From Lophium mytilinum (Eukaryota), in contig MU004186.1 of assembly GCA_010093605.1 (NCBI GenBank), positions 1,530,616 through 1,594,615 on the forward strand: a stretch of DNA of 64,000 nucleotides, read 5' to 3'. The notes under the pieces are model-generated. The model saw only the letters and a list, made by a program, of their open reading frames with translations. It had not been told where the DNA came from and did no database searches. Both the position numbers and the translations under genes were made by a program. Positions within the stretch are counted from its first letter, which is position 1, and the number at the start of each line of letters is the position of its first letter. This document shows, in pieces, positions 26,701-38,124 of this stretch.

Positions 26701-28349
26701 GTAATGTACGCAAAGCTCCCAGTGGTCCAGCACCTCCACTGCCAGGTCAAGAGAGCAATGTCACTGGTGGACTGAGAACTCTTGTTGAAGATCAAACGAT
26801 GGTAGACGAGGATTCCGGAGAGGAGAAGGAGCGAGGGAGATTGTTTGTCAAGGTTATCGGAGTTAAAGACCTCGATCTACCCCTCCCAAGGAGTAAGTCT
26901 ATGTAAACCCGTCAGGATGGCTCAATGCTAACTACAATCAGCCGAGAAAACACGCTTCCAGCTCACCCTCGATAATGGATTGCACTGTGTGACCACGGCG
27001 TGGCTTGACCTTGGCCAGAACGCTCCCATAGGCCAGGAATTCGAGCTTACCGTCTACAAGGAGCTGGAATTCCAACTTACTCTCCAAACAAAGCTCGATG
27101 CACCACCGGAGCCTCTAATGCCTACAGTGTCTCCTACGAAGGTCATCAACCACAAGAAGTCTACCTCCGCTTTTAGCCGTCTCCTTTCTTCTCCCAAGAA
27201 GCGCAAAGAGCAAGAGCGCAAGCAGAACGAGGCAAACGAGCGTGCTGCCGATCTCAAACAAAAGGAAATGCAGTCTAAGCGCGGTAGTAAACAAGCTACC
27301 GCCTGGGATTTGCTGCACGACCTTGTGGGCACAGATGGCTCGTTTGCACGTGCATACGTCTGCCTCAACAATCATGAGAGCCAGGCTTTCGGCCGACCTT
27401 TGAATGTCGACATTCCATGCTTCAACGAGTGGGCTGTGGATCCCGGAGCTAGTGTCAAGAGCAAGCGTGGAGGAATGGTTCGACGCCCACCTTATCGCAT
27501 CGGCAAGCTTCAATTGCAACTTCTCTATGTTCCAAAGCCTGAGAATGCCAAGGACGATGATATGCCGAAGAGCATGAATGCTTGCATTCGCGACCTGAAA
27601 GAGGCAGAGGAGCTTAAGGCCACGAGCTGGGAAGGCCCTTTGAGTCAACAAGGTGGTGACTGTCCAGTAAGTGATCCATTGAATTCCTAGGTTTACCTGT
27701 TCTTGGAATTACAGCGTGCTAATGTTTGCTTTAGTACTGGCGCCGACGGTTCTTCCGCCTCTCCGGCACCAAACTAACCGCATACCACGAATCTACGCGA
27801 CAACCTCGTGCGACGATCAACCTTGCAAAAGCCAGCAAACTGATTGATGACCGGAGCTCCCTCACACAATCGTCACCCTCTAAGAGTGGAGGCCGACGCA
27901 AGTCCGCATTTGCTGAGGAAGAGGAAGGCTATATGTTCGTCGAGGAAGGCTTCCGAATCCGCTTTGCTAATGGCGAAGTCATCGACTTCTATGCCGACAG
28001 CGCTGCGCAAAAGGAAGGCTGGATGAAGGTCCTCTGCGAGACTGTTGGGAAGGACCTCGGCAGCTCCAAGGGTTGGACCGATCTCGTTCTCAGCAAGGAA
28101 CGACGCGACAAGAACGCAAAGAACCTCAAAGAGAATGCGCATGCCAGCGCTGGCCAACAGCGCCCTCGATCTCAACCCCAGCCACAAGAGCGAGCCAGCA
28201 GCAAAAGCGCTCCAACAAGTCCGCAAAAGTGGATGCACCGCGACTCTCAGCATCCACCTCCACCAGTCGAAAAGGACGTGCGCCACGCAGTCCCGCGAAT
28301 GAATCCGGTGAATCCGCGGCGCGATCAAGTGCGGTCTATGATGTATTAG
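23713..28349 (+). CDS. BUD4: Bud4/anillin-like septin-organising protein with C-terminal PH domain
   Basis: KRSSIENLKKASRVKNS, KSVTFDAAPP, RISRESILRK, GRLFVKVIGVKDL, LTLDNGLHCVTT, LSQQGGDCPYWRRRFF, EEGFRIRFANGEVIDFYAD. Introns 23803-23852, 26334-26477, 26893-26941, 27667-27734. Confidence 0.93.
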
Positions 28350-29132
28350 AGTCGTGCTTCTAATTTCTCTTCTTGAAAACACCGTCTTGTTTGGTTGCCA
28401 AAATGTCGCTGTGCGGCAAATGTTGGTTAGCTGAATGTATTGATTACCCCGTCTGGTTCTGTAGAGCCCGCACACTTGAAGCTGTACAGCTTTCTTTTCA
28501 TTTTCTCTTCCTCTTCTCTATTCTTTGTTTTGGTATTTGGTTGCTTCTGGCGTTGGAGGGGTGGGTGTAATGCCAGTTCTTTCACGAGGCCTCTGTGTAA
28601 TGACTATACTTGATGCAGAGGAAACCTCGGGTTGCGGAATATACAATACCTTCACAATATTCTTTCGTCCGTGTTCATTGCGTGATACTTTGTAGAATGC
28701 CTAGCCATCTCTAGGAGGTTTCTCTTCAAGTTTGTCTCGTTCACCCCGCTTGATGTGGTTCTGATTCTCATACAGGCTGGTGGAACGTCCGGACTCGAGC
28801 AAACACAAGGCAATCCTCAAGACGCAAACAGAGAGCCCCTTCCCGTCAACATTAGAATCGAGCTGAGTCGGAATTATGGCTTTGGAAAGTTTCCCTATCC
28901 CACTTTCTTTCTTCCTTTTCCCCGGGCAGGCTAAGCTTAAGAGTCTTCAACACAGTATGCTGATTTCATCAGGCAGGCAAGCAGAACTAGAAGCAACGCC
29001 ACTTGTTTTCCTTTGAATGATTGCAGGTTTCGTGTTTATACTTTCCCCTTAACTCATTATTTCTACCTCTCGTTTAATACCCTACATAATCCCCCTTCCC
29101 GACCACTTCCCCAAAGCCAACGCCAAAGCTAA

Positions 29133-30780
29133 ATGGGCAACACCCTCTCCAACCGCCCAGAGGTCCAAGTAGCAGGCCACTACCGCCCCGTCCTGACAAA
29201 CTGCCCCTGCTCCCCGCCCTCAAACCCAAGACTCCGCTCCCGCTCTCGCTCGCCCTCTCCTCGCGACTACCGCTCCCCTCGCTACCCCCCCGCCTACCCA
29301 CTACGCGGAGGAGGAGGGCCAATACACTACAGACCTCCCCCCGGCGCCGCCTACCGCAGTCCCCCTCCCACACCAGTCGCCTACCGCTCGAGCCCCCGAG
29401 GCGCCTACCCCATGGCATCACCACACGCCCCAGCGATGGCACCGCGCTACCCTCCTACAAACCCTTATACGCCACAGCCGTACATCCCGCCGCAACCACA
29501 CCCCCAGCGCCAGCCTCCCTATCAGCCTCCCTATCAGGCCCCTTATCAACCTCCCTATCAACCGCAATATCAACCTCCCAGACCCGCCGCTGCCCAACCC
29601 CAACCTCAACCCCAACCCCAGCTACCCCCGGCCCAGCGCGACTACGCCCACTTCCCCGGCGACCCCTTCCTCGACGCGTGCTTCTGCAAGACGGCGTGCC
29701 GGTGCCGCAAGGGGACGCGGGTGCTGTACCGCAGCCGGCGGGCGGACGGGACGATGGGGGAGGGGGAGATACGGTATGAGCTGAAGGAGGAGGTGGAGAG
29801 GGGGGTTGGGTGTGGGGGCAACGAACACGGGGATGGGGACGAGGGGCGGAGGAGGAAGGGGAGGGGGGAGGAGGGGGCGTGTAGGGAGCGGGTGAAGAAG
29901 AGTGAGCGGAAGGTGCTGGGGAGGATGGACGCGATGGAGAGGGGGAGGAGAAAGGATGTGGAGGAGTTGAGGAGGTTGGTAGGGAGGGGGATGGGAGGGG
30001 GTGGGGGGATGAGGGAGGGGTTTGAGAGGATGGGGGGTAGGGGGATGAGGGAGCAAACGTTTGGGATGGGTGGAGGAGGGGGGGATCGGTTTACGGGCGA
30101 GCCGTATGGGGAGATGGGGGGTGGTGGGGGGATCTATCCTGGAATGGCTGAGTACGGGGACCTTAGGTATCCGCCTGGTGAAGAGTCCATTCCGGAGCAT
30201 GAGTTCGGAGGGCAAGCTCAGCCCTTCCCAATGCGCGGTATGCCGCCGAGACACGGGCGTCCTCTACGAGGAGGACCGAGACAGAGCGGCTGGAATCCTG
30301 GGCGGGGAATGGACGATGAGGGCGGCCTCGAAACCGTAGATCCGCGAGGCGATTTTGGCAACAGAGGTCGAGGAGGTCCACGCGGCGGCCGGCCTCTACG
30401 AGGAAGAAGGGGTATGTCTGGGCGGGGCATGCGTCCTGGCCCACCTCTGGATGATAGCGAAGGTCCAGCGGGGAATGCGGGAGGCGAGGGGGAAGAGGCG
30501 TGGGAGGACGAAGATTGTAAGTGTCTTATTTCATATGATTTTCTCCCTGAGTATGTCTGACCGTAGAGTCCGTAGAGAGCATTATGATGTACGCGAGAGG
30601 CCTATGGCCAGGCCAGCGGAACCACAGCACCAAGAACAGCAACATAGACCCCCGCCCCAAGCTCGACGATCCAGCCGGATGGGTTCGGGGCAGAGCGGGG
30701 CTCAAAGAGGAGCGAGAGGTGCTAGGATGGACTCGGTACAGGATGAGGAGTACGGCGGTGGCCCGGATCGGACGGTGTAG
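29133..30780 (+). CDS. Hypothetical Pro-rich / Gly-Arg-rich protein with a central CxCxxxCxC motif; 3' end uncertain
   Basis: 475-codon ORF starting MGNTLS, with PYQ repeats and ACFCKTACRC. GTAAGT donor at 30517; splicing to the coding-like exon ending at 30780 needs a weak donor or acceptor, otherwise the CDS stops near 30568. Confidence 0.7.
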
Positions 30781-31391
30781 GAGTGATAGTAGAAATGTAA
30801 CAAGTTTGTAGACCTATGGATATGTTCTGGCCATAGGGCGAAATCTTGAATGACTTAAAACGATGCATGCACTCATTCAAAACAACATTCGTCTCCTTAC
30901 CTTATCAAGTATATCTCCAGGCCTGTGTAAGGGTAATGGTGATAAGCAGAACTCAAGCAATGAGAGCTTAGCACGCTTACGTAGGAGGTATTAGACATCC
31001 AACTAGTTATACTGTATTTTACGCTTTACTTAAAATGCGATACTCTTTGAGAATCATCTGTAAACGGTCACGTGCTGGCTGTCTTTAGCAGATGGGCATG
31101 CGCGTTCATTGTTACAATCTTTTCAACGTGAAGAGGCGAGTCCTGCCGATGCTGCTTCAGAGCCTGTCACTGTTCACGCATATTCCTTTTCATTGGATAC
31201 GAATGTTCGTGTCACAATGAGGTCGGCACTTATGAGGTGAGCTGGAGGGAGCAATCTCATCATAGGTTACACAGCATCGCTACCATGCATCAGCGCTGTA
31301 TGAGTGACGTGGACGCACCGCCTCCCAAATAAACCTGATATGTCCGTGAGACCTTTGCAAATTGAAGCGTGCTGGCCACATTACCGACAAT

Positions 31392-32195
31392 ATGAGCTCC
31401 TGTTGCGTACTCTGCGATCGAGATTTCAACAGCCACGAAGCTCTGCAGCAGCACAAACGAGACTCATCTGCACACAAGTTCGACTGTATAACATGCGATC
31501 GCCGTTTCAGAAGCGACACGGCTCTGGCACAGCACAAACGAGATGCCCCCGTTCATACTCAGTCCTTGGAACATCCAACCACTCTCGCGATGCCTCCTAG
31601 AAACCGGAAACCGACCAAGAAACAGAAGCTCAGCACAAAACCAGAGCCCAGAACAAACCCAGAGCCCAGAACAAACCCAGAGCCCAGCACAAAACCAGAG
31701 CCAAGCACAAAACCGAAGCCGATCACAAAACCGAAGCCGACCACAAAACCGAAGCCGACCAAGAATTGGTCGATATACCCCTCACTCCACAATGACGTCT
31801 CCAACCTCCTCGACGAAGACAACCTCTTCTTTAGCTTCTACGAGAAGGACGACGAGTACAGCTGTCTAGACTACTACGACACGAATATCATGGGTCAGTT
31901 TACTTGCAGCAATCCGGCATGCCCGGCTATCTGGACAAGCAAGCAAATAGCCATCACTATACGAGAATATTCCGACTCGCGATACAACGCAAGAGTGTAC
32001 TATCAATCGTGTAAGCGCTGTCAGACGACGAGTGAACCGCAACTGGATCATTCATACGCGGAAAGAGTGGCGTATCGGCTCAAAAAGTGGGCTGGGGTCC
32101 AGGTGGAACGCCCTCCCTACTCACAGCAGAGCAATGGCCCACATAGGAAGGATCTGTGTGAAGGGTGCAAGGAGGGTCATTGCAGCAACATGTAA
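31392..32195 (+). CDS. 3CxxC-type zinc-finger protein with two N-terminal C2H2 fingers and a K/P-rich repeat linker
   Basis: CVLCDRDFNSHEALQQHKRDSSAH and CITCDRRFRSDTALAQHKRDAPVH; then MGQFTC..C..WTSKQI, YNARVYYQSCKRC, PHRKDLCEGCKEGHC. Confidence 0.88.
   Translation: MSSCCVLCDRDFNSHEALQQHKRDSSAHKFDCITCDRRFRSDTALAQHKRDAPVHTQSLEHPTTLAMPPRNRKPTKKQKLSTKPEPRTNPEPRTNPEPSTKPEPSTKPKPITKPKPTTKPKPTKNWSIYPSLHNDVSNLLDEDNLFFSFYEKDDEYSCLDYYDTNIMGQFTCSNPACPAIWTSKQIAITIREYSDSRYNARVYYQSCKRCQTTSEPQLDHSYAERVAYRLKKWAGVQVERPPYSQQSNGPHRKDLCEGCKEGHCSNM
31632..31757 (+). repeat. Coding 18-bp tandem repeat, 7 copies (STKPEP/RTNPEP/TTKPKP)
   Basis: AGCACAAAACCAGAGCCC-like units in tandem inside the zinc-finger gene. 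Confidence 0.95.
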
Positions 32196-32369
32196 CTAAT
32201 GTCCTTTGTAGCACCGATGTTAAGCTGAATGTGATACTAAGATTTAAGAGGCAACGGAAAGAGGACGTGATCAACGGCAGCTTCTTATTATGCCTCTTTA
32301 TAGTACACTGACTTCTTGACCTCTTATTTCCTGAATGCATCTTGCGTAAATGGTAAAGGGGGCTCCTCC

Positions 32370-32461
32370 CAGCTAAGCTCCTCCTCTCCGCGGTGTCAAG
32401 TTCACACCACCGAAGCTGAACAGTGCTGAGCCCGTATGCCTAGACTTATAGCCCAGTACTG
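32370..32461 (+). mobile_element. Truncated right half of the mimp-like MITE
   Basis: CAGCTAAGCT..GGTGTCAAGT..AGCTGAA..CGTATGCCTAGACTTATAGCCCAGTACTG aligns with the right halves of the copies at 58060-58286 and 61068-61292; no left TIR seen. Confidence 0.8.
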
Positions 32462-32495
32462 TCCCTCAACACTAAACACCCATACATCCACAAAC

Positions 32496-34151
32496 CTAAT
32501 ACGACAACATTCTCTTCGACCCCACCCTCTTCAACGTCGCATTCGACCTCACCCTCTTCAATGCCGCATTCGACTTCACCTTCTTCAACACCACCGTCCC
32601 CCCAATCCCCAAGCTCCTCAACAAATCCCTAGCCCACTTCCCATCCTCGTCCACCTCCCCAACCGTCTCCCCCAGCAACGGCGACCGCGGAAGCGGTATC
32701 TCTGCGAGCACCGTGGCAGAGAGTGCTGGGCTCACGTTGGCGAGGTCGTGCGGCTCGCTGACATGCCGATGCCAGTCCGCTTCGGAGACCTCGTCGCCGC
32801 GCTCGAGGGCGGGGCGGATGGAGATGGGGGAGGGCTCGTTGGTGGGATGGTGAGCTGGTGTGAGATGGGTGGTGGAGTGTGTCGGGCGGACGTCTGAGAG
32901 GTCGGTTGGGGGGTGGATGCGCTGACGCCATTCTCGCATGGAGTCTTCTTCGTTGTGGTCAGGAGTGTTGTGGATGGAGAGGGGGTTTGAGGCTGTGAGG
33001 GCGTTTGGGTGGGGTACTGCGGCGGGAGGGAAGCGCGTCCACCAGGCTTCAGGAATAGGCGCAGGTTTGGGAGAGAGTTCTGGTAGGGTCGGGCGAGGGG
33101 GTGTGTGCGTCGAGGGCTGTGGAAGGGCGGAGTCTGGGGAGCAGTCTGGGTGTTCTTCTTTGATATACTGCTGCTGCTCCTGTGGCCGGCCGCAGTCAAT
33201 GGCCCCACGTCTATGGGAAGGACGGGTTTCGGTAGCATCGGTGTTGCGATCTGGTGCATGCGACTTCGAAGCCTTCGCTTTCATTTTCTTCACTCCCCCA
33301 CGAGACCCGTAGATCGCTGAGTTAGGATGCAGCATAAGTAGAGCCTTCTTCAGTACGGGGAACGCATCCTTTTGCTCTTCTTCGACCCTAGCGGGAACGG
33401 AAAAGCTGTCCAATTCTTCCTGGACAGTTGGAAGGTAGCTAAGAGGAGTGTCTGGACGCTCCATCAAGGTATGAGTAGGAGCCGCGGCCGATATTTCGTC
33501 ATCGGGACCCGGACTGAATCTTCCACTTGGAATGGTGATTGATAGACCTGGGCGGGCTCGAGCCCTCACAGAGTCGACTTGAGATCCTTGCCTAGACTCA
33601 ACAGTCTTCCGCGAGGGAGAGAGGCTGGTCACGGGTTCGTTGACGGCGGCGCCGGTTTCCCAGTGCGGGTCGTGGATGTCTGTTCTGCCTGATCGCCATA
33701 TCTTCTTCTTGTGAACTGATTTGTTCTTCTCTGCTGGCAATTTTACAGGTCTGGCTGGCGCATCCGTGCCGTCGCTGTCTTCAGTAGGTTTGGCACACGA
33801 GAATCGGTCAAGCCGTGAAGCTTTGGCGAGGATCCGCCTAACAATACTCGTCTCGTCCTCGGAGTAGGCTTGGGGATCAGCGTGGGCTTGCGGATCAGAG
33901 TGGGTTTGTGGACTCCTGTCTATGCTGCTGTACCGGTTGCCTTTGGGGATGTTGTTACGCAGAGCATAGGAAGGCTGTGTCCGTTCCAGCTTGGCGATGT
34001 GGGCAGCAGCCTCTTTGCTAGGCCTTGGGATGTTGGGCAGAGATAGCTGCTCTCTGGCCTGGTCTGCTTTCTGAGGACTAGAGGCTCTGTACAGGCCTCC
34101 AACGGCTGCGCTAGATGGCATCTTCTTCGAACTCGAATGAGGGATGGGCAT
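32496..34151 (-). CDS. Hypothetical disordered Ser/Pro-rich protein
   Basis: ~550-codon uninterrupted ORF, first ATG at 34151 (MPIPHSS); no domain recognised. Confidence 0.7.
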   Translation of the reverse strand: MPIPHSSSKKMPSSAAVGGLYRASSPQKADQAREQLSLPNIPRPSKEAAAHIAKLERTQPSYALRNNIPKGNRYSSIDRSPQTHSDPQAHADPQAYSEDETSIVRRILAKASRLDRFSCAKPTEDSDGTDAPARPVKLPAEKNKSVHKKKIWRSGRTDIHDPHWETGAAVNEPVTSLSPSRKTVESRQGSQVDSVRARARPGLSITIPSGRFSPGPDDEISAAAPTHTLMERPDTPLSYLPTVQEELDSFSVPARVEEEQKDAFPVLKKALLMLHPNSAIYGSRGGVKKMKAKASKSHAPDRNTDATETRPSHRRGAIDCGRPQEQQQYIKEEHPDCSPDSALPQPSTHTPPRPTLPELSPKPAPIPEAWWTRFPPAAVPHPNALTASNPLSIHNTPDHNEEDSMREWRQRIHPPTDLSDVRPTHSTTHLTPAHHPTNEPSPISIRPALERGDEVSEADWHRHVSEPHDLANVSPALSATVLAEIPLPRSPLLGETVGEVDEDGKWARDLLRSLGIGGTVVLKKVKSNAALKRVRSNATLKRVGSKRMLSY

Positions 34152-35087
34152 ATTGAATGACACAGGATAGATATGAAATGTTGAAAATTATGGCAGCGTG
34201 GATATGTAGCTGTTTGAGAAGAAAAAAGGACAGGTAGGGCTCGAGAACTGGCTTCTTCCACCTTGAAAATGCGAGTGCGTGTCCTAGATGCCATGAGTTT
34301 CGTGGTTGAGATGTTGTGAACCATGTTTTGCGGCTCATGTACCTAATCATAGTTTAAGGTCTATGAAGCCTCTCAGTATATGGCTGAGTCGAGAACAGGA
34401 TCAAAATTGCGGCCGAGATTACTAGCGGAGTACCGTGGGGTCTTGTGGATCGAGGCCCCGACGCCTAGCATCCTAGCTAATATATTTCATCTCGTGGCGG
34501 TAGAACCGTGGTTCGGTTCGTGTAGACTATGTGTAGGACCCCAGTTATGGGAGGAATACAGTCAACCTCAGGTCATAGGAGGCCAGCTCCATGCCGCATA
34601 GTAAGATATTAAAGAAAGACACGCGAGTGTTCGACTTCGCGAATGAGTAACTTCTTTGGCGAGCATTCGCGAATGGTAATTGGAGTTGGTCGTGGAATAT
34701 GAACCATGGAAATGAACCTGAGTGGGCCCTTCAGTGGCCCGAGCACAGATGTAGGAGCTCGGCGTAGTAAATAGACTGCGCAAATCTCCACGGATTAATA
34801 CCACGTGCGCGGAGACAGATTTCAAACTTTAAGCAGCTGGACTGCAAACTAGGAGTTCTTTTATCTTGAATTATTTACCATAATTCGCAGTCGGAATTCA
34901 AAGCCCAACACCCGAACGCCGTATTCAGTGCGAGAGAATCGTAATCCAAAACACATGCCCGCTTCATAAGCCTTCACCAGTCGTCGTTCTCGGCAGCCCG
35001 ACGCTGGTGTATAGATCCGAAAAATAGCGAAATAGTTCGCAACCGGAGAGCAATCGGCTCGAATCGCTCATGCACTATTATTGCCTG

Positions 35088-35668
35088 TTATTCTCTGCCA
35101 TCGTAATCAGCCTGCGATTGGCTGGTAAAGGGAAGAACGCAGGTTGGGAGGGTCGCAACCAAAAAAACATATCGGGTACTCACAATAACGACAACGTGAG
35201 ATCACCTCGAATACTGGCCTTGAGCTCAATCTCAATCTCGAGATTCGCCTCGAGTTTGAGCTTTAGCCCGTCCTGCTCATCCAAGCCGCCTGACGGCTTC
35301 GCTTTTTCCTCCATGCGATAGGGCTGGTTCGGGTCCGCCCCACGCATTGGTATCTCGCCTCTCATTGCTCGCGCTTTTGTGACGGGGCCGTCCATAGATG
35401 TGCTGTCTGGGCCAATACGTTCGAAGGCCTGCATACTGTTGAGCTCCCCGTTGGCATCGGCTTCCTCAAGGGCTTCTAGCGAGTTCGTTTTCATGTATTT
35501 GCCCTCTTCGATGCCCTTTTGAATGCGGCGGCGACGGTCTCGGCGCGAAGAGGATCGCGAGCGCGCGCTCTGGAGGCCAGCTTCACGTTTTTGTAGCTTC
35601 TTAGCCTCGGTCTCCTTGTTCTGCTGCATCGTAGTGCGGGCATGAGGCTCAGAATCGGAGTCGGACAT
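35088..35668 (-). CDS. Small hydrophilic protein with C-terminal alternating beta motif (LKLKLEANLEIEIELKASIRGDLTLSLLE)
   Basis: Exon 35668-35184, GTGAGT..CTGAT..CAG intron, 7-nt last exon 35094-35088 giving L-E-stop. Confidence 0.85.
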
Positions 35669-36432
35669 CTTGAATATGCGATTGAGGGAAGTGAGGCTAG
35701 GGAAAGTTTCCAGAAGTTAAGGATAGATGTAGAGTTGTGGAGATCTCAAAACGGTGTGTATAGACTGTAGTAGCAATGCGATGAAGGATGAGAGAGGGAA
35801 CTGGAGAGGTGATAGTAAGAAAGACGGACGGGCCACTACCAAGACTAAGCTACGCTCGCGGGCCAGGAGGAAAACAAGATTGAGCGATGCACCGCGTGCA
35901 TGCGTTGATGCTTGTGCATGGGTGCTCCATCGGGACACGAGAATGTCCCCGCGCGGCTCCATCGGCGATGCGTTGACGTCACACACTCCACCCGCCCCAG
36001 CTTGTCATCGTTTAGGCCCGAAACGAGGGACGGCGGAGGTTTCTGAATCGGTGGATGAGGGTGGGTGGAACTTGCGTCAGCGGCAAAGAACGCACGGGGA
36101 TGTTGCAGGGGGACGCGTGGAGAAAAGTTGGCTGCGAATTCGAGGGCTGGGAAGCTTGAGCACGGACAATTATAGTGCATGCGGCGGAGAGCCTCCAGGA
36201 GCTTCAATTCGAGGTTGCTGGCAACATGCAGTTCAATTCACGTTGAGTAACAGTCCAAATGGGAGGTACATGGCTTTTCTATCTCGCGATGCTGCGACTA
36301 ATAATTACATCAAAGGAAATCAACGCCGTCCCAAACTCAGCGCATTGTGATTAGCCCAATATTCATGACCACATAGAATTCTCTGCGCGAACAAATAGCA
36401 CTCGATGCAAAGCGGAGGAGTTGTTTAAGAGT

Positions 36433-37201
36433 TTAGTTGCTGGAACGTGGTTAGCGCATAGCTTCAATTCAAAAATTCAGGGTCCACTTACAGCAAGCCC
36501 AGCGTAAGATCACCGTGAATCTTCGCCTTGAGCTGGATCTCAATGTCGAGGTTCAGTTCAAGCCGCAGTCGTAGCTGCTCGCCCTTGCTGTCTTCTTCGC
36601 CCTCTCCCTGGCCCTGGCCCTGCTTCCCACCGCCTGTCAGGCCTCCTAGTGCTTGGCCTGCAGTGTCGCCGACCTGGTTGACAGCATCTCCAGCCGTATT
36701 CTGCACCATCTCGCCGGCACCATTGACGAGCTCTCCACCAGGCGCATTCTCGGTGATGCCATCCAGAGGGCCGCCTCCTTGCTTCTTCTGGCGCTGGCGG
36801 TTTCGTCGTCCACCAGTGGCAGACTGATCAGAGCGGTAGTCGCTTTCGCTCACTTCAGCCGCTGCGCCGCCTCGTCGGCCACGACCGCGAGATTGGCGGC
36901 GTCTTGACTGTGATTTCTGGGGTTGCGGTTCGGGCTCTGATTCCTCGGCACCGCCGTTGGTAGCTTGTTCTGCGTCGCCATTCGCTTCAGCGTCTTCTTC
37001 CTCACTCTCAGGCGCGGGAGTAGGCTCGGGAGTAGGTTGTTGTTGAGGTTTCTTGCCGCCTAGCTTCTTCGGGGTCTTCTTCTCGGTGGTCTTCTTACTC
37101 GAACTTGAAGCGTCGGCCTTGCCGCCAACGGATGCGCCGCCTTGGGCCTGTCCCTCAGCTCCAACGGAGGACTGCTGCTCTTCGGTGGTCTTGTCGGCCA
37201 T
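36433..37201 (-). CDS. Gly/Glu/Gln-rich hydrophilic protein with the same C-terminal motif (LRLRLELNLDIEIQLKAKIHGDLTLGLLN)
   Basis: ATG at 37201 (MADKTTEE), exon to 36492, GTAAGT..CTAAC..CAG intron, 7-nt last exon 36439-36433 giving L-N-stop. Confidence 0.88.
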
Positions 37202-38124
37202 GTTGCGCTTTGTGTAGTTTTGGTATGGATTATAAAGTTGAGAAGGCGTGGAAGATTTGTGGACGACAGAGTATGAATTGATGCGAAAGTACAGAAGAAA
37301 GTGGAATTGGACTGGACAAAAGAAACAGCGCACAGCAACCGGTTTGAAAGTGAGTGCACTCGACCCCCCTGCAAACACAGGCCATCCCTCGCTGCACTCT
37401 GACGCAACGCGTGCCCCACGAGACGCGATCCGCGGGGGATCCCAGAACTCGGCTGTGGAAAACAAGTCCCAATCCTCGCCGCCGTCTGTTCTGGAAAAAC
37501 GTCCATGCGGATCCAGTCGCTGCCCCTGCTGCCAACCTCGCCGCTGTGCGTGCTGCCGTGGCGTCGGGACCGCTTTTTAGCGGTCAGCTTGCCCCATCCA
37601 GAGTGCGCGGAGCGTGCATCACCATGTTACTGGTGAAACTCCAGCCGTTCTTGCGACCTGCCGCGTCCACCTGCTGTTCTGTAGCGTAGTGATGTAAGCT
37701 GCGATGGTTTGCTTGGTGCTGGCCAACTTTCTGGCCTTTCCGCGACCTCCCATCGATGATTCCTGCAGGTCCTGCGAACTGGTCGTTCGGCTCCGGACGA
37801 CGATCGCGCCGGCGTGGCGCCCCTCGGTGAGTTTCCGAGTTGAAATGCTCGATTGGGTCGTACAGCATTACACAACTCTGAGATATCGATCATGCGGGAG
37901 AGCAGAGCGGTGATGCGACATCGTCGTGGTTTCTCAAATCAAAGACTTGACAGAGCCAAGAGACTGGGACGCTAGACCGGCTTCGGCTCATATCGAGCTA
38001 AGAACCGAGGTAGCACAGCTCCCGGTCTATTCTTGGGGCGACGACGCCAACCTCAACACCACGTTTTCCATCTCGAGAATCGCCCCCACAAATCGCCAGC
38101 TCTAGGCAATTAGCCTTCGTCGGA

